Assembly (NCBI GenBank): GCA_963753385.1
Contig: CAVWCC010000013.1
Location: forward strand, 13,612-77,611
Origin: an uncultured bacterium
GTDB lineage: Bacteria > Actinomycetota > Thermoleophilia > Solirubrobacterales > 70-9
Reading direction: 5' to 3'
DNA length: 64,000 nucleotides
The notes under the pieces were generated by a model. It was not told where the DNA came from, did no database searches, and saw only the letters and a program-made list of their open reading frames with translations. Both the position numbers and the translations under genes were made by a program. Positions within the stretch are counted from its first letter, which is position 1. Each line of letters opens with the position of its first letter. Shown here in pieces: positions 18,953-29,505 of this stretch.

Positions 18953-20731
18953 CTAGACGTCGAGAACGCCGTCGATCCCGAGAACGACCCCGCAGGCGAC
19001 GAGTCCCGCGGCAAGCAGGCGGCCCAGCCACCGCAGGGCCCGGCCGCCCGAGCCCTCGGTGGACACCCGCGCTACGAGCCCGGTCAACAGCGCCACGCCG
19101 GCCACCATCGTGCCGGCGGACACCAGAAGGTCCTGGTCGGCACCGGCCCCGAGCGCCAAGACCAGCAGCGCGGGCCGTGCGACGACGGGGATCGCCACCG
19201 GGACCAAAGCGGCGCCCCGGCCGGCGAGAGAGGGTTCGGGCGGGGGTGGGCGCCGGAACAGGTCGCCAGCTCCGGCGATCACGGCCATGATCCCGGCGGC
19301 GACGCGGAACGAGGGGTCGCTGACGTCGAGCGCATCCAGCAGCGGGTCCGCCACGACCGCGACGGCGCAGACGGCCAGTCCGCCGATCGCGCCGCCCAGG
19401 GCGGCCAGCCGGACCGCATCCTGCGGCGACCGCCCCGCGCGGGGGATCCCGAAGGCTGCCCGAGCGGGGTTCAGCGCCAGGATCAGGGCGACCGCCCAGA
19501 GCCAGGCCGACGGCGCGTTGTCCTCGGGGTCGGACACGTCCGGTGAGCCCGCGCTCGCCTCGACGATCGGAATCGTCCGCAGCAGCCCGGCGAGCGCGTG
19601 CTGCTGATCGTCCATCCGGGTCTCGCCGTCAAGGAACCACGCCCCCTCGACCCGCTCGGGGTCGACGGCGCTCGCCGCGTCCTCGGCGTCGGATTGCTGA
19701 TCGACGGCGAGCCCGGCGACGCACGAAGCACGCTCGGCGATCGGTTCCTCGAGATCGGCCATCCTCGGCTCGGACCGCGCCACCAGCCACCATCCGGTCA
19801 ATGCCTCGCTGATCACCCCGTATCCGCCGCCGCGGGGCGTATCGCTCCCGCGGACCACCTCGCCCCACGGCCCGAACTGCTGGCTGACCCACCTGGTCGC
19901 GCTGCCGAACAGCTCCGCCTGCCGGCGCCCGTAGTCGACCTCCGCCTCGGTGAGCGGCGGGTCGCCCCGCTCGGGGAACTCGACGGTCTCCGCGGCGCCG
20001 TAGGCGGCCCAGTGATCGGGGAGGGCCGGCCAGTTGTCCTCGACCTCGTCGCGCGAGGTCGCGAGGTAGGCGCCGATCCGGTCCGCCGCCTCGTCCCAGC
20101 CCTCGCCGGGAAACGCCCGGTGCAGGAGCGCCAGCGCCCAGTACGCCTCCCCGGTGTAGTAGTCGGAGTACTCGCCGGCCACGGGTTCGCCGGCCACCGG
20201 GTCGTACTGCGCGAGCACGGCGCCGGTCGGCTCGGCCTGGGTGAGGAGGAAGCGCCCCAGCCGGCGCAGCTCCTGGTCGTAGCGCTCGTCACCGGTGGCC
20301 TCTCGGCGGATCGCAAGCCCGGCCACGAGGAGCGCGCTCGCTCCGGTTGAGACCTCGCCGAGGTACTCGACCGCGGCCCAGCCGTCGCCCTCATAGAGGG
20401 TGTCGAGCGCCCACTCCGTCCCCCGATCGGCCGAGCGCAGGGCTCCCGGCAGGTCCGCCGCCGCAGCCTGGTAGAGGCCCATGGTGACCCCGGAATGCCG
20501 GACCGCGTTGTACTCGGCCGCGGCCAGGTCGTCATCGGCGTTGTAGAGGTAGAGCCAGGTTCCGTCGTCGTCCTGGTTGCGGACGAACCAGTCGACGCTT
20601 GCCTGGGCCGACTCGCGGAGCTGCGGTGCGGTGACCGCCGGGCAGTGCTCGGGCGGGGCGACCGCCACGAACGCAAGCGAGACCGCCGCCGCCAGCACGA
20701 GGCCGGCCCTCCAGAGGCGTTTGGCGATCAC
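18953..20731 (-). CDS. Fusion protein: secreted alpha/alpha-toroid (prenyltransferase/terpene-cyclase-like repeat) domain plus a C-terminal MarC-family membrane domain
   Basis: N-terminal signal/anchor segment, then repeats such as VRNQDDDGTW and GDGWAAVEY. The C-terminal ~190 aa has about 6 hydrophobic segments with SFRVAAGIMAVIAG and LVPVAIPVVARPALL, resembling the MarC motifs FRIAGG and PLAIPLLAGPG. The GTG start overlaps the upstream stop (GTGA). Confidence 0.7.
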   Translation of the reverse strand: MIAKRLWRAGLVLAAAVSLAFVAVAPPEHCPAVTAPQLRESAQASVDWFVRNQDDDGTWLYLYNADDDLAAAEYNAVRHSGVTMGLYQAAAADLPGALRSADRGTEWALDTLYEGDGWAAVEYLGEVSTGASALLVAGLAIRREATGDERYDQELRRLGRFLLTQAEPTGAVLAQYDPVAGEPVAGEYSDYYTGEAYWALALLHRAFPGEGWDEAADRIGAYLATSRDEVEDNWPALPDHWAAYGAAETVEFPERGDPPLTEAEVDYGRRQAELFGSATRWVSQQFGPWGEVVRGSDTPRGGGYGVISEALTGWWLVARSEPRMADLEEPIAERASCVAGLAVDQQSDAEDAASAVDPERVEGAWFLDGETRMDDQQHALAGLLRTIPIVEASAGSPDVSDPEDNAPSAWLWAVALILALNPARAAFGIPRAGRSPQDAVRLAALGGAIGGLAVCAVAVVADPLLDALDVSDPSFRVAAGIMAVIAGAGDLFRRPPPPEPSLAGRGAALVPVAIPVVARPALLVLALGAGADQDLLVSAGTMVAGVALLTGLVARVSTEGSGGRALRWLGRLLAAGLVACGVVLGIDGVLDV

Positions 20732-21864
20732 TGTTCGTTCGCGGGCACGGGGGCGGGCATCATCTCGCGTCCCGAGCGTCGCGCGCGACGGACCGCGGGC
20801 AGGAGGAGCACCGGGAGCGCGAACCAGGCGGTCAGCGGCAGGCGGCTGAACGCGAACGCGACCGCGGGCCCACCGCGGAACACGGTGCCGTCCCGGTCGG
20901 TGACCTCCGGCGCCGAGCCGGGAGGACCGGGCTCGATCCGGAAGCGCGCGAGCCAGTCAAGGGCTCTAACGCTCGCGCCCAGGCGCCGGTGCCGGGCCGG
21001 GTCGAGCCGGAGCACGCGGTCGCGGGTGGAGGGAACCGCCCACACCAGGAGCACGGCGATCCCGAGCAGCGAGAACACCTGAACGGACGCCGACGTCTCG
21101 ATCGAGAGGTGGAAGACGACCGCCACCCAGACTGCGGCGTAGCGTGTTCCATGCCACCAGAGCCCGAGCGCGATGAACACCTCGGTGAGCACGATGAACT
21201 TCGCCGCGGCGACGTGGAAGCCCTGGTCGGTGAGGACCGAGATCGCCCAGTCCGGTAGCGGCCACGCCTCGAGGTCCTCGCGTGCCCGGACCACGCGCTG
21301 CCAGGTCACGGTGCCGCCGAACCAGTCGGGATCGACGAGCTTCGACAGGCCCGACGCCCCGTAGATCGCGGCGCATTCGAACCGCAGCAGCCAGAGAGGC
21401 CAGCCAGGCGCTGCGGTGTCGAGGGGCGGCCGCTCGCGACGGCGGCGGAGCCAGGCGTCCAGGGACAGCTCCCGCCCGCACGGTGCCACCGCGAGCAGGC
21501 CGAGCACGATGATCAGGTACGCCCGGTTGTTGTGGAAGTGGGTGGTGGAGAGGAAGACGTTGTAGGTGACGATCCCGAAGGTCGCCACCGTCGCCAGCCG
21601 GGTCAGGAGGCCGAGCGACATCGCAACCGCCGCCAGCGCCGCAACCCAGAGCAGCCCGACGTAGACCCCCTCGGGAAGCTCGGGATACCAGTTGGCGTAC
21701 GGCTCGTGGAACGCGTCTCTGTACGTCTCGCCGCTCGACGCGTCGGACAGGAAGGGCTCGAGGTGAAGGAGGACGATGGGCCCGGCGAGCACCCGGAGGA
21801 GGGCAAGGGCCCGCAGGCTGACCGGCCGGCCGAGCAGCTCGTCGAACCGCGCCAGCGCGCTCAC
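20728..21864 (-). CDS. HTTM (vitamin K-dependent gamma-carboxylase-like) domain membrane protein with a C-terminal extension
   Basis: ORF 20728..22515 trimmed to the GTG at 21864, which overlaps the stop of the upstream gene (GTGA). Sequence: LRALALLRVLAGPIVLLHL...[16 protein letters not shown]...WPLWLLRFECAAIYGASGLSKL. Confidence 0.8.
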   Translation of the reverse strand: MSALARFDELLGRPVSLRALALLRVLAGPIVLLHLEPFLSDASSGETYRDAFHEPYANWYPELPEGVYVGLLWVAALAAVAMSLGLLTRLATVATFGIVTYNVFLSTTHFHNNRAYLIIVLGLLAVAPCGRELSLDAWLRRRRERPPLDTAAPGWPLWLLRFECAAIYGASGLSKLVDPDWFGGTVTWQRVVRAREDLEAWPLPDWAISVLTDQGFHVAAAKFIVLTEVFIALGLWWHGTRYAAVWVAVVFHLSIETSASVQVFSLLGIAVLLVWAVPSTRDRVLRLDPARHRRLGASVRALDWLARFRIEPGPPGSAPEVTDRDGTVFRGGPAVAFAFSRLPLTAWFALPVLLLPAVRRARRSGREMMPAPVPANEQ

Positions 21865-22307
21865 CCGGCGCCCTCGCGCTCGTCGCTTCGCATCACCTCG
21901 ACCTCGGGCGGGTCGTCGTTGTGCCACGAGGTGACCGTCGCCTCCAGGTACTGCGTCTCGCCGTCCCGCGGTGTGTTGTCCGCGACCCAGTCGAGGGCGG
22001 ACTCGAGGAACGCGAGCTGGTTCTCGAGCCCGGCGTCCGCGTGGTGGCGGACCGCGGGATAGCTCAGGCCCCGGTCCTGCACCAGCTCCTCCCAGCGATA
22101 CCCCGACCACGGCTCGGCAACGGGGACGCGCCGGCCGTCGGCCGTGACCCGGACGATGTCCGCGCTCCAGGTGCTCGACTCGGGGAACATCTGGAACGCG
22201 AACTCCTTGTGGTCCGCCCGGTAGCCCCGCGCCACGAACGCGACCTGGAGGCCGACGACGGCCACGACGATCACCCGGCGCGCGACGATCCTGGCCCTCG
22301 GCGACAC
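21861..22307 (-). CDS. Membrane-anchored hypothetical protein, first gene of the HTTM operon
   Basis: 148 aa with an N-terminal TM segment (VIVVAVVGLQVAFVA) followed by a soluble domain. Translationally coupled to the HTTM gene. Confidence 0.65.
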   Translation of the reverse strand: MSPRARIVARRVIVVAVVGLQVAFVARGYRADHKEFAFQMFPESSTWSADIVRVTADGRRVPVAEPWSGYRWEELVQDRGLSYPAVRHHADAGLENQLAFLESALDWVADNTPRDGETQYLEATVTSWHNDDPPEVEVMRSDEREGAG

Positions 22308-22357
22308 GCGCCAACGATGACACCGCGGCGCGCCAGCCGCTTGTCACGCTGTGGGCG

Positions 22358-23179
22358 GTGTACCTGGAGGCCGATACCTCGCTGCTCGACGCGGCGCAGG
22401 CGCTCTGCGTCGCACTCCCGGCTGCGGGCTTGCCCCTGATCCTTCGGCGATTCGGCGGCGGCGGCTGGTCGCTGGTGGCGCCGCTGTCGGTCGTCGCGAC
22501 CGTCGTGGCGATCACCGTGGCGGCCGAGAGCGCCGAGGCACTGACCTGGATCGCGATCCTCCTCGTCCCGCCCGGCTGCGCGCTCGCCCTGGGGTGGGCC
22601 GCTCACGGCGCGCGGCCGTGGATGGCGGTGCTGGTCGTGCCGATGCTGGTGGCGGCCATGATCGCGCCCGACGACCCGGCCGGCCGCGTCGGCAGGCTCG
22701 CCCTGATCGTCGGCTCCTGCGTGACGGTCGGGCGGCTGCTCGCCGGCGCGACGCCGCTGACGCTGCTGAAGGCCGGCGTGTTCGCGATGGCCACGATCGA
22801 CGCCGTCTTCATCTTCGGTGACTTCTTCGGGGAGCAGAACGCGCAATTCAACGCCGCCGCGCCCGCAGGGCTGCCGCGGCTCCAGGTCGCCGAGATCGGA
22901 AACGTCTCGACCGACTACGGCGACTTCTTCGTCGCCGGACTGGTCGGCGGCATCCTCGCCGCCGAACGGCGCCCCCAGGTGCTCGCCGCGGTGGCGACAT
23001 TCGTCGTCGCGCAGGCGTTCAACCAGCTCTTCCTCGTGGTCGATTCGCTGCCCGGCACGGTACCGCCGGCGCTGGTCCTGCTCGCCCTCGAGGTCGTCGA
23101 GTGGCGCAGGCGCGCCAGCCGAGTAGTTGACCAGGTCAATCTGGTCGACCAAGTGGTACCATCACGGCGATGGAGGTAA
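22358..23179 (+). CDS. 9-TM protein with presenilin / signal-peptide-peptidase-like motifs (candidate intramembrane aspartyl protease)
   Basis: About nine hydrophobic segments. ATIDAVFIFGDFF sits in the sixth, STDYGDFFVAGLV in the seventh and VPPALVLLAL in the last. Order and spacing match the YD / GxGD / PAL signature. Confidence 0.6.
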   Translation: MYLEADTSLLDAAQALCVALPAAGLPLILRRFGGGGWSLVAPLSVVATVVAITVAAESAEALTWIAILLVPPGCALALGWAAHGARPWMAVLVVPMLVAAMIAPDDPAGRVGRLALIVGSCVTVGRLLAGATPLTLLKAGVFAMATIDAVFIFGDFFGEQNAQFNAAAPAGLPRLQVAEIGNVSTDYGDFFVAGLVGGILAAERRPQVLAAVATFVVAQAFNQLFLVVDSLPGTVPPALVLLALEVVEWRRRASRVVDQVNLVDQVVPSRRWR

Positions 23180-23388
23180 CGGTCCAGGAAGCGAAGACAC
23201 AGCTCTCCCGCCTTCTGCGCCGAGTCGAGGCCGGCGAGGAGGTTGTGATCCGACGCGGCCGCGAGCCGGTGGCAATGCTGGTGCGAGCTCCGGCGAAGAC
23301 GGGCGGGCGGACGATCTGGGGAGACCTCGAGGGGTCGATGGCGGCCGACTTCGACGAGGTGCCGCCGGACTTCGACGGTTACGCGTGA
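23170..23388 (+). CDS. Type II antitoxin, Phd/YefM family
   Basis: MEVTVQEAKTQLSRLLRRVEAGEEVVIRRGREPVAMLV. 72 aa; the stop overlaps the toxin start (GTGA). Confidence 0.85.
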   Translation: MEVTVQEAKTQLSRLLRRVEAGEEVVIRRGREPVAMLVRAPAKTGGRTIWGDLEGSMAADFDEVPPDFDGYA

Positions 23389-23765
23389 ACGGGTTGCTGC
23401 TCGACACCAACGTCGCCGTCTGGCTCCTTCTCGGCGACCGGGAGCGCGTGTCGCGAGCGGCCGTCGAGGCGCTCGAGGACGAGCGCAACCAGATCGCGGT
23501 CAGCGCGGCCAGCGTCTGGGAGATCGCGATCAAGCGATCCCTCGGCAAGCTGACGATCGAGGATCGTTGGGCGAGGGCGCTCACCGGGCTCGGTTTCGAA
23601 GGGCTGCCCGTTACAGCCCTGCATGCCGAGGAGGTCGAGCGGCTCCCGTGGCACCACCGTGATCCGTTCGATCGGCTGCTCGTCGCGCAGGCGGCGGTGG
23701 AGGGCCGGACGCTCGTCAGCGCGGACAAGCGGCTCGCGCGGTACGGCGTTCCGGTCCTGTGGTGA
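23385..23765 (+). CDS. vapC: Type II toxin, PIN-domain ribonuclease VapC
   Basis: LLLDTNVAVWLL...SAASVWEIAIKRSLGKL...HHRDPFDRLLVAQA...LVSADKRL, with the conserved acidic PIN residues. GTG start at 23385 inside ORF 23127..23765. Confidence 0.9.
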   Translation: MNGLLLDTNVAVWLLLGDRERVSRAAVEALEDERNQIAVSAASVWEIAIKRSLGKLTIEDRWARALTGLGFEGLPVTALHAEEVERLPWHHRDPFDRLLVAQAAVEGRTLVSADKRLARYGVPVLW

Positions 23766-23867
23766 GAGCCGACGGCGAGTACAGTCATTCCCCTGGCCCC
23801 TGACCCGCCCGCCGAGAGAGAGCCCGCGCCCGAGGGGCGCGGAGCCCCGGCTGAGTCCAAGCCGCCG

Positions 23868-25755
<1,888 letters not shown>

Positions 25756-25775
<20 letters not shown>

Positions 25776-26670
25776 CCCCGGGGGATCGCCCGTTCTGCGG
25801 CTCGGCGAGGCTCCGGACCCAGAGCCGCGTGAGCACGAAACGCTGGTCGAGGTTGCAGCCGTCGGCTTGAACTTCGGCGAGCTGGGGTTCAGGTCTGGGC
25901 AACCCGAGCCCGGCGAGGTTCTCGGATGGGACGCGGCGGGCGTCGTCGCCCAGTCGGCAGCGGACGGCACGGGCCCTCCGGCCGGCACCCGCGTGGTGAC
26001 GTTCGCCTGGAGCGGAGCGTGGGCCGAGCTGCGAGCGATCGACGCGGCGAACCTTGCGGTCGTGCCCGAATCGGTCGACCTCGGCGCGTCCGCCGCCCTC
26101 CCGGTGGCCGGGGTCACTGCACTCCAAGCGCTGCGCGGTCTCGGCAACGTGGACGGCCATCGCGTACTGGTCACCGGTGCCTCCGGAGGGGTGGGACGTT
26201 TCGCGGTGCAGCTCGCGGCCCGATCGGGCGCCCACGTGGTTGCATCCGTGGGCAGCCCGGATCACGGCGCGGGACTTTCCGAGCTCGGTGCCGCGGAGGT
26301 GGTCGTCGGCCTCGACGGGGTCTCCCGCCCATTGTTCGGTGTACTCGACACCGTCGGCGGGCCGCAGCTCGCGGACGCGCTCGGGTTGCTCGATCACGGC
26401 GGGACGGCGCAATGGATCGGGCGCGCCTCTCGTGCGCCGTTGACCCTGGAGGTGTTGCAGGTCGAGAAGCACCGGGCCTGGCGGCTAGAGCGCTTCCAGG
26501 TGAGTACCCCGTTCGCGGATGACCTCGCCGATCTCGTCGAGCTCGTCGGGCGCGGTGAGCTCGATCCTCAGATCGGCTGGCGCGGACCCTGGGACCAGGC
26601 GGCAGAGGCGGCGGAGGCGCTGCTGTCGCGCAAAGTCCGAGGCAAGGCCGTTCTCGACGTCGGAAGCTGA
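25756..26670 (+). CDS. Zinc-type alcohol dehydrogenase / quinone oxidoreductase (MDR) family protein with a probable CTG start
   Basis: ORF 25867..26670 lacks the GroES-like N-terminus. The same frame reads (L)[39 protein letters not shown] from the CTG at 25756, which is 5 nt after GGAGGA. Rossmann motif [10 protein letters not shown]. Confidence 0.75.
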
Positions 26671-26701
26671 CCGGGCATAGCGGTCCCCGGCGCCGAATCC
26701 T

Positions 26702-27619
26702 TCAGGCGGACGAACGGAGCGGCGGTATGACCTCGCTCGCCAGGATCTCGACCTGCTCACGATGACTGTCGACCGGCCAGAGGACGACGGTGTCGAAGCC
26801 GTCGTCGAGCAGGTCGCCCAGCGTCTCGACCCACCAGTCGGCTGATCCGGACAGCGGCTCCCCGGCCAGATACCCCACTGGCAGCTCCGAGCGGGCCGGC
26901 GGAGGCTCGTCGCCGATCAGGCCCTGCAGGTTGACGATGCGCCGGATCGCGCCCGGCTCGCGACCGGCCTTCTCGGCCGCCTCGTCGATGCGCCGGTTCC
27001 CGTCGCGCAGCTCGTCTTGGCTCATCACGCCGAGCGACGGCAGCCACCCGTCGCCCCTCCGGCCGACGAGCCGAAGCATCCGCGGCTTGAACGCGCCCAC
27101 CCAGATCTCGATCGGATGCGCGGGCCGCGGCCCCGGGCGCGCATCGTCCAGTCGGTAGTGCTCGCCGTCATACGAGACCGAACGCTCCTCGGACCACAGC
27201 AGCCGGATCACGTCGATCGCCTCCTCGAGGGCCTCGACGGCCTCGCCCGGAGTGTGCCGGGGCCCGCCGAAGCCGGCGATCACGTCGTGGTAGCCGCCGG
27301 CGCCAAGGCCCAACTCGAAGCGGCCGCCGCTCAGCACGTCGAGTGACGCGGCTGCCTTCGCCATGACGGCCGGCGGCCGCAGCGGCAGGTTCGCCACATC
27401 GGTGAAGAAGGAGATCCGCTTTGTCTCCGCGATGAGCGTCGGGATCAGCGACCACGTGTCCAGGAACCGCCGCTGGTAGGGATGGTCCTGGATGCCGAGG
27501 AGATCGACGCCGGCCTCGTCGGCGGCGCGGGTCGCATCCCGGATCAGATCGAGCGACTCGGTCGCGGGTACCAGCGAAACGCCGAAGCGCGGGTCGGTGG
27601 CGGCAGTCGCATCTGTCAT
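26702..27619 (-). CDS. LLM-class (luciferase-like) flavin/F420-dependent oxidoreductase
   Basis: ORF trimmed to the ATG at 27619, which overlaps the upstream stop (ATGA). FGVSLVP...LGIQDHPY...SGGRFELGLGAGG...IWVGAFKPRMLRLVGRRGDGWLP. Confidence 0.85.
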   Translation of the reverse strand: MTDATAATDPRFGVSLVPATESLDLIRDATRAADEAGVDLLGIQDHPYQRRFLDTWSLIPTLIAETKRISFFTDVANLPLRPPAVMAKAAASLDVLSGGRFELGLGAGGYHDVIAGFGGPRHTPGEAVEALEEAIDVIRLLWSEERSVSYDGEHYRLDDARPGPRPAHPIEIWVGAFKPRMLRLVGRRGDGWLPSLGVMSQDELRDGNRRIDEAAEKAGREPGAIRRIVNLQGLIGDEPPPARSELPVGYLAGEPLSGSADWWVETLGDLLDDGFDTVVLWPVDSHREQVEILASEVIPPLRSSA

Positions 27620-28539
27620 CCGGACTGACAGTAGACGTCGATCAGGTGCAGGTAGCGCCCGGCGATGGTCGATACGGCTTCGTCGCGGCCGATCTGGCCC
27701 GCCAGATTCGCCGCGACCGCGTCCCACCAGATCGTCCGGCCAACGGCAAAGCCGCCGAAGCCCTCGACCGGCGCGGCGACCCGGAGCCAGTGCTCGACCC
27801 TCGACTCGTCGGCGCCGCGTCCGAGGATCAGGCACCGGACCTCGTCGCGTCCCTCTCGCCGACACGTCGCGGCGACCAGCTCACACCCGGAGCGATCCTC
27901 GATCCCCTCGATCTTCCAGACCGCGGGCTCGATGCCGGCGTTCTGCAGGTCGGCGACCGCCCGGGAGACCAGCTCCGGGCGGAGCTCCGCGTCGAAGCGG
28001 CCCGGATCGTTCTCCACGCTGCGCAGCTGATCCGGCGTGGGGGGGACCAATAGTTCGAAGAGGAGTTCGCGTCCCGCCTCGCGCAGCCAATGGGAGAGTC
28101 GCGCCAGGCGCTCGACTTGACGGCCATTCAGGTCAGCATCGCCGTTGGGGTTGAAGCGCACCAGCGTCTTCACGAGCTCGGGCTCGAATCGCTCGATGTG
28201 GGCCTCGAAGTCGGCGTCGTACTCGAGCTGGAACTCGGCCTGGCCCGAGCGCTCCGCCGCAACCGCCGCAACGATGTCCGGCTCCGCCCGCGCGAGCTCG
28301 AGCACCTCGCCGCCGTATTCCTCGTCGACCAATAGACCCGGGACGCCCACCCCGTCGAGTGCACCGCGTGCCCGAAGCAGGCCGTCGTAGATCGTCAGCT
28401 TCGCCTCGGCGATCCTGAGTGCGTCCTGCGGCTTGGGCTCTCCCTCTATGCCGAAGAGGGGACGGATCGAGCGCCGATGGTCGAATGCGAGCAGAAAGAG
28501 CGGAAGTGGCGGTTGTCGAGCCAATTCGCTCACATTCAA
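27616..28539 (-). CDS. DUF2090 / class I aldolase-like TIM-barrel protein (IolC-C-terminal / tagatose-bisphosphate-aldolase-like)
   Basis: 307 aa with a TTG start. LFLLAFDHRRS...LVDEEYG...VKTLVRFNP...VWKIEG...CLILGRG. The fold-level call is more certain than the substrate. Confidence 0.65.
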   Translation of the reverse strand: MNVSELARQPPLPLFLLAFDHRRSIRPLFGIEGEPKPQDALRIAEAKLTIYDGLLRARGALDGVGVPGLLVDEEYGGEVLELARAEPDIVAAVAAERSGQAEFQLEYDADFEAHIERFEPELVKTLVRFNPNGDADLNGRQVERLARLSHWLREAGRELLFELLVPPTPDQLRSVENDPGRFDAELRPELVSRAVADLQNAGIEPAVWKIEGIEDRSGCELVAATCRREGRDEVRCLILGRGADESRVEHWLRVAAPVEGFGGFAVGRTIWWDAVAANLAGQIGRDEAVSTIAGRYLHLIDVYCQSG

Positions 28540-28556
28540 TCAGATTAGTTGCAGAG

Positions 28557-28575
28557 ATGTGCACGATTGTGTACG
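28557..28575. promoter_or_regulatory. Direct repeat TGTGCAC-n3-TGTGTAC in the divergent intergenic region (candidate DeoR operator)
   Basis: AT-richer 66-bp spacer between the aldolase-like gene (-) and the SIS gene (+). The two heptamers are spaced one helical turn apart. Confidence 0.3.
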
Positions 28576-28605
28576 CTCCCGGCGGATGACGACGACCGTA
28601 CGGTC

Positions 28606-29505
28606 ATGTCGCTGGTAGAGGAGGAGATCCGGGACCAGCCGCGCGCTTGGTCCTCGGCCGTCGAGCTGGCGCGGGGAGCCCCCGCAGCGTTCCCGGCAGG
28701 CGAGCGCATCGCGCTCATCGGTTGCGGGAGCTCTTGGCATGCTGCAAAGTCGCTGGCCGCGCTGCGCGAATCGAGCGGGGCGGGCGAGACGGATGCCTTC
28801 GCTGCCTCCGAGGGAGTCCTCGACCGGCCCTACGACCAGGTGGTTGCGATCTCCCGGTCCGGGAGAACGACCGAGATCCGTCGCGCGCTCGGGCGGGTCA
28901 GGGAAGGCACCGAGACCGCGGCGATCGTCGGCGACCCCGCCAGCCCCGTGGCGGCCGCCTGTGACGTCGTCTTCGACCTCGGCTTCGCCGATGACCGCTC
29001 GGTGGTCCAAACGCGGTTCGTGACCAGCGTCGTTTGCTTCGGCCGGGCGGCGCTCGGACTCGCGACCGACGGTCTATTCGCGGCCGCCGAGGCCGCGATC
29101 GCGGAGCCACATCCGGTCGAACTGGAGGGGGTCGACCGCGCGGTCGTCCTCGGCCACGGCTGGGGGGTCGGTCTCGCTGACGCGGCCGCGCTGGCCCTGC
29201 GCGAGACGGCGCAGATGTGGGCCGAGGCCTACCCGGCCATGGAGTACCGGCATGGACCGATCGCCACGGCCGGACCCGGAGCGCTCGTCTGGCTGCTTGA
29301 CGAGCCTCCCATGAAGCTGGTCGACGAGATCAGGGGAACCGGGGCCGTGGTGGTCGTGCCGAAGCTCGATCCGCTCGCGGAAGTCGTTCGAATCCAGCGC
29401 CTCGCCGTCGCGCTCGCCGAGCACCGGGGACTCGACCCGGATCGGCCTCCGAACCTCGAACGCGCGGTGGTCCTGGACCTGGTCGAGGCGGGAGGCTCAT
29501 CGTGA
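28606..29505 (+). CDS. SIS-domain sugar(-amine) phosphate isomerase/deaminase (AgaS / NagB-II / FrlB-like)
   Basis: ATG at 28606 inside ORF 28549..29505. IALIGCGSSWHAAKSLAAL...VVAISRSGRTTEI...VVFDLGFADD. Confidence 0.85.
   Translation: MSLVEEEIRDQPRAWSSAVELARGAPAAFPAGERIALIGCGSSWHAAKSLAALRESSGAGETDAFAASEGVLDRPYDQVVAISRSGRTTEIRRALGRVREGTETAAIVGDPASPVAAACDVVFDLGFADDRSVVQTRFVTSVVCFGRAALGLATDGLFAAAEAAIAEPHPVELEGVDRAVVLGHGWGVGLADAAALALRETAQMWAEAYPAMEYRHGPIATAGPGALVWLLDEPPMKLVDEIRGTGAVVVVPKLDPLAEVVRIQRLAVALAEHRGLDPDRPPNLERAVVLDLVEAGGSS

Noticed and set aside
21865-22515. The N-terminal 217-aa extension of ORF 20728..22515
   Set aside because: It is Arg/Gly/Pro-rich out-of-frame translation over the 148-aa gene. 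The HTTM homology begins at the GTG at 21864, which overlaps that gene's stop.
23824-23842. An 8-bp GC hairpin (CCGCGCCC-gag-GGGCGCGG) upstream of ftsH, considered as a terminator
   Set aside because: The stem is short and has no U-tract. It could equally be a chance structure in GC-rich DNA. It is mentioned only under the VapBC finding.
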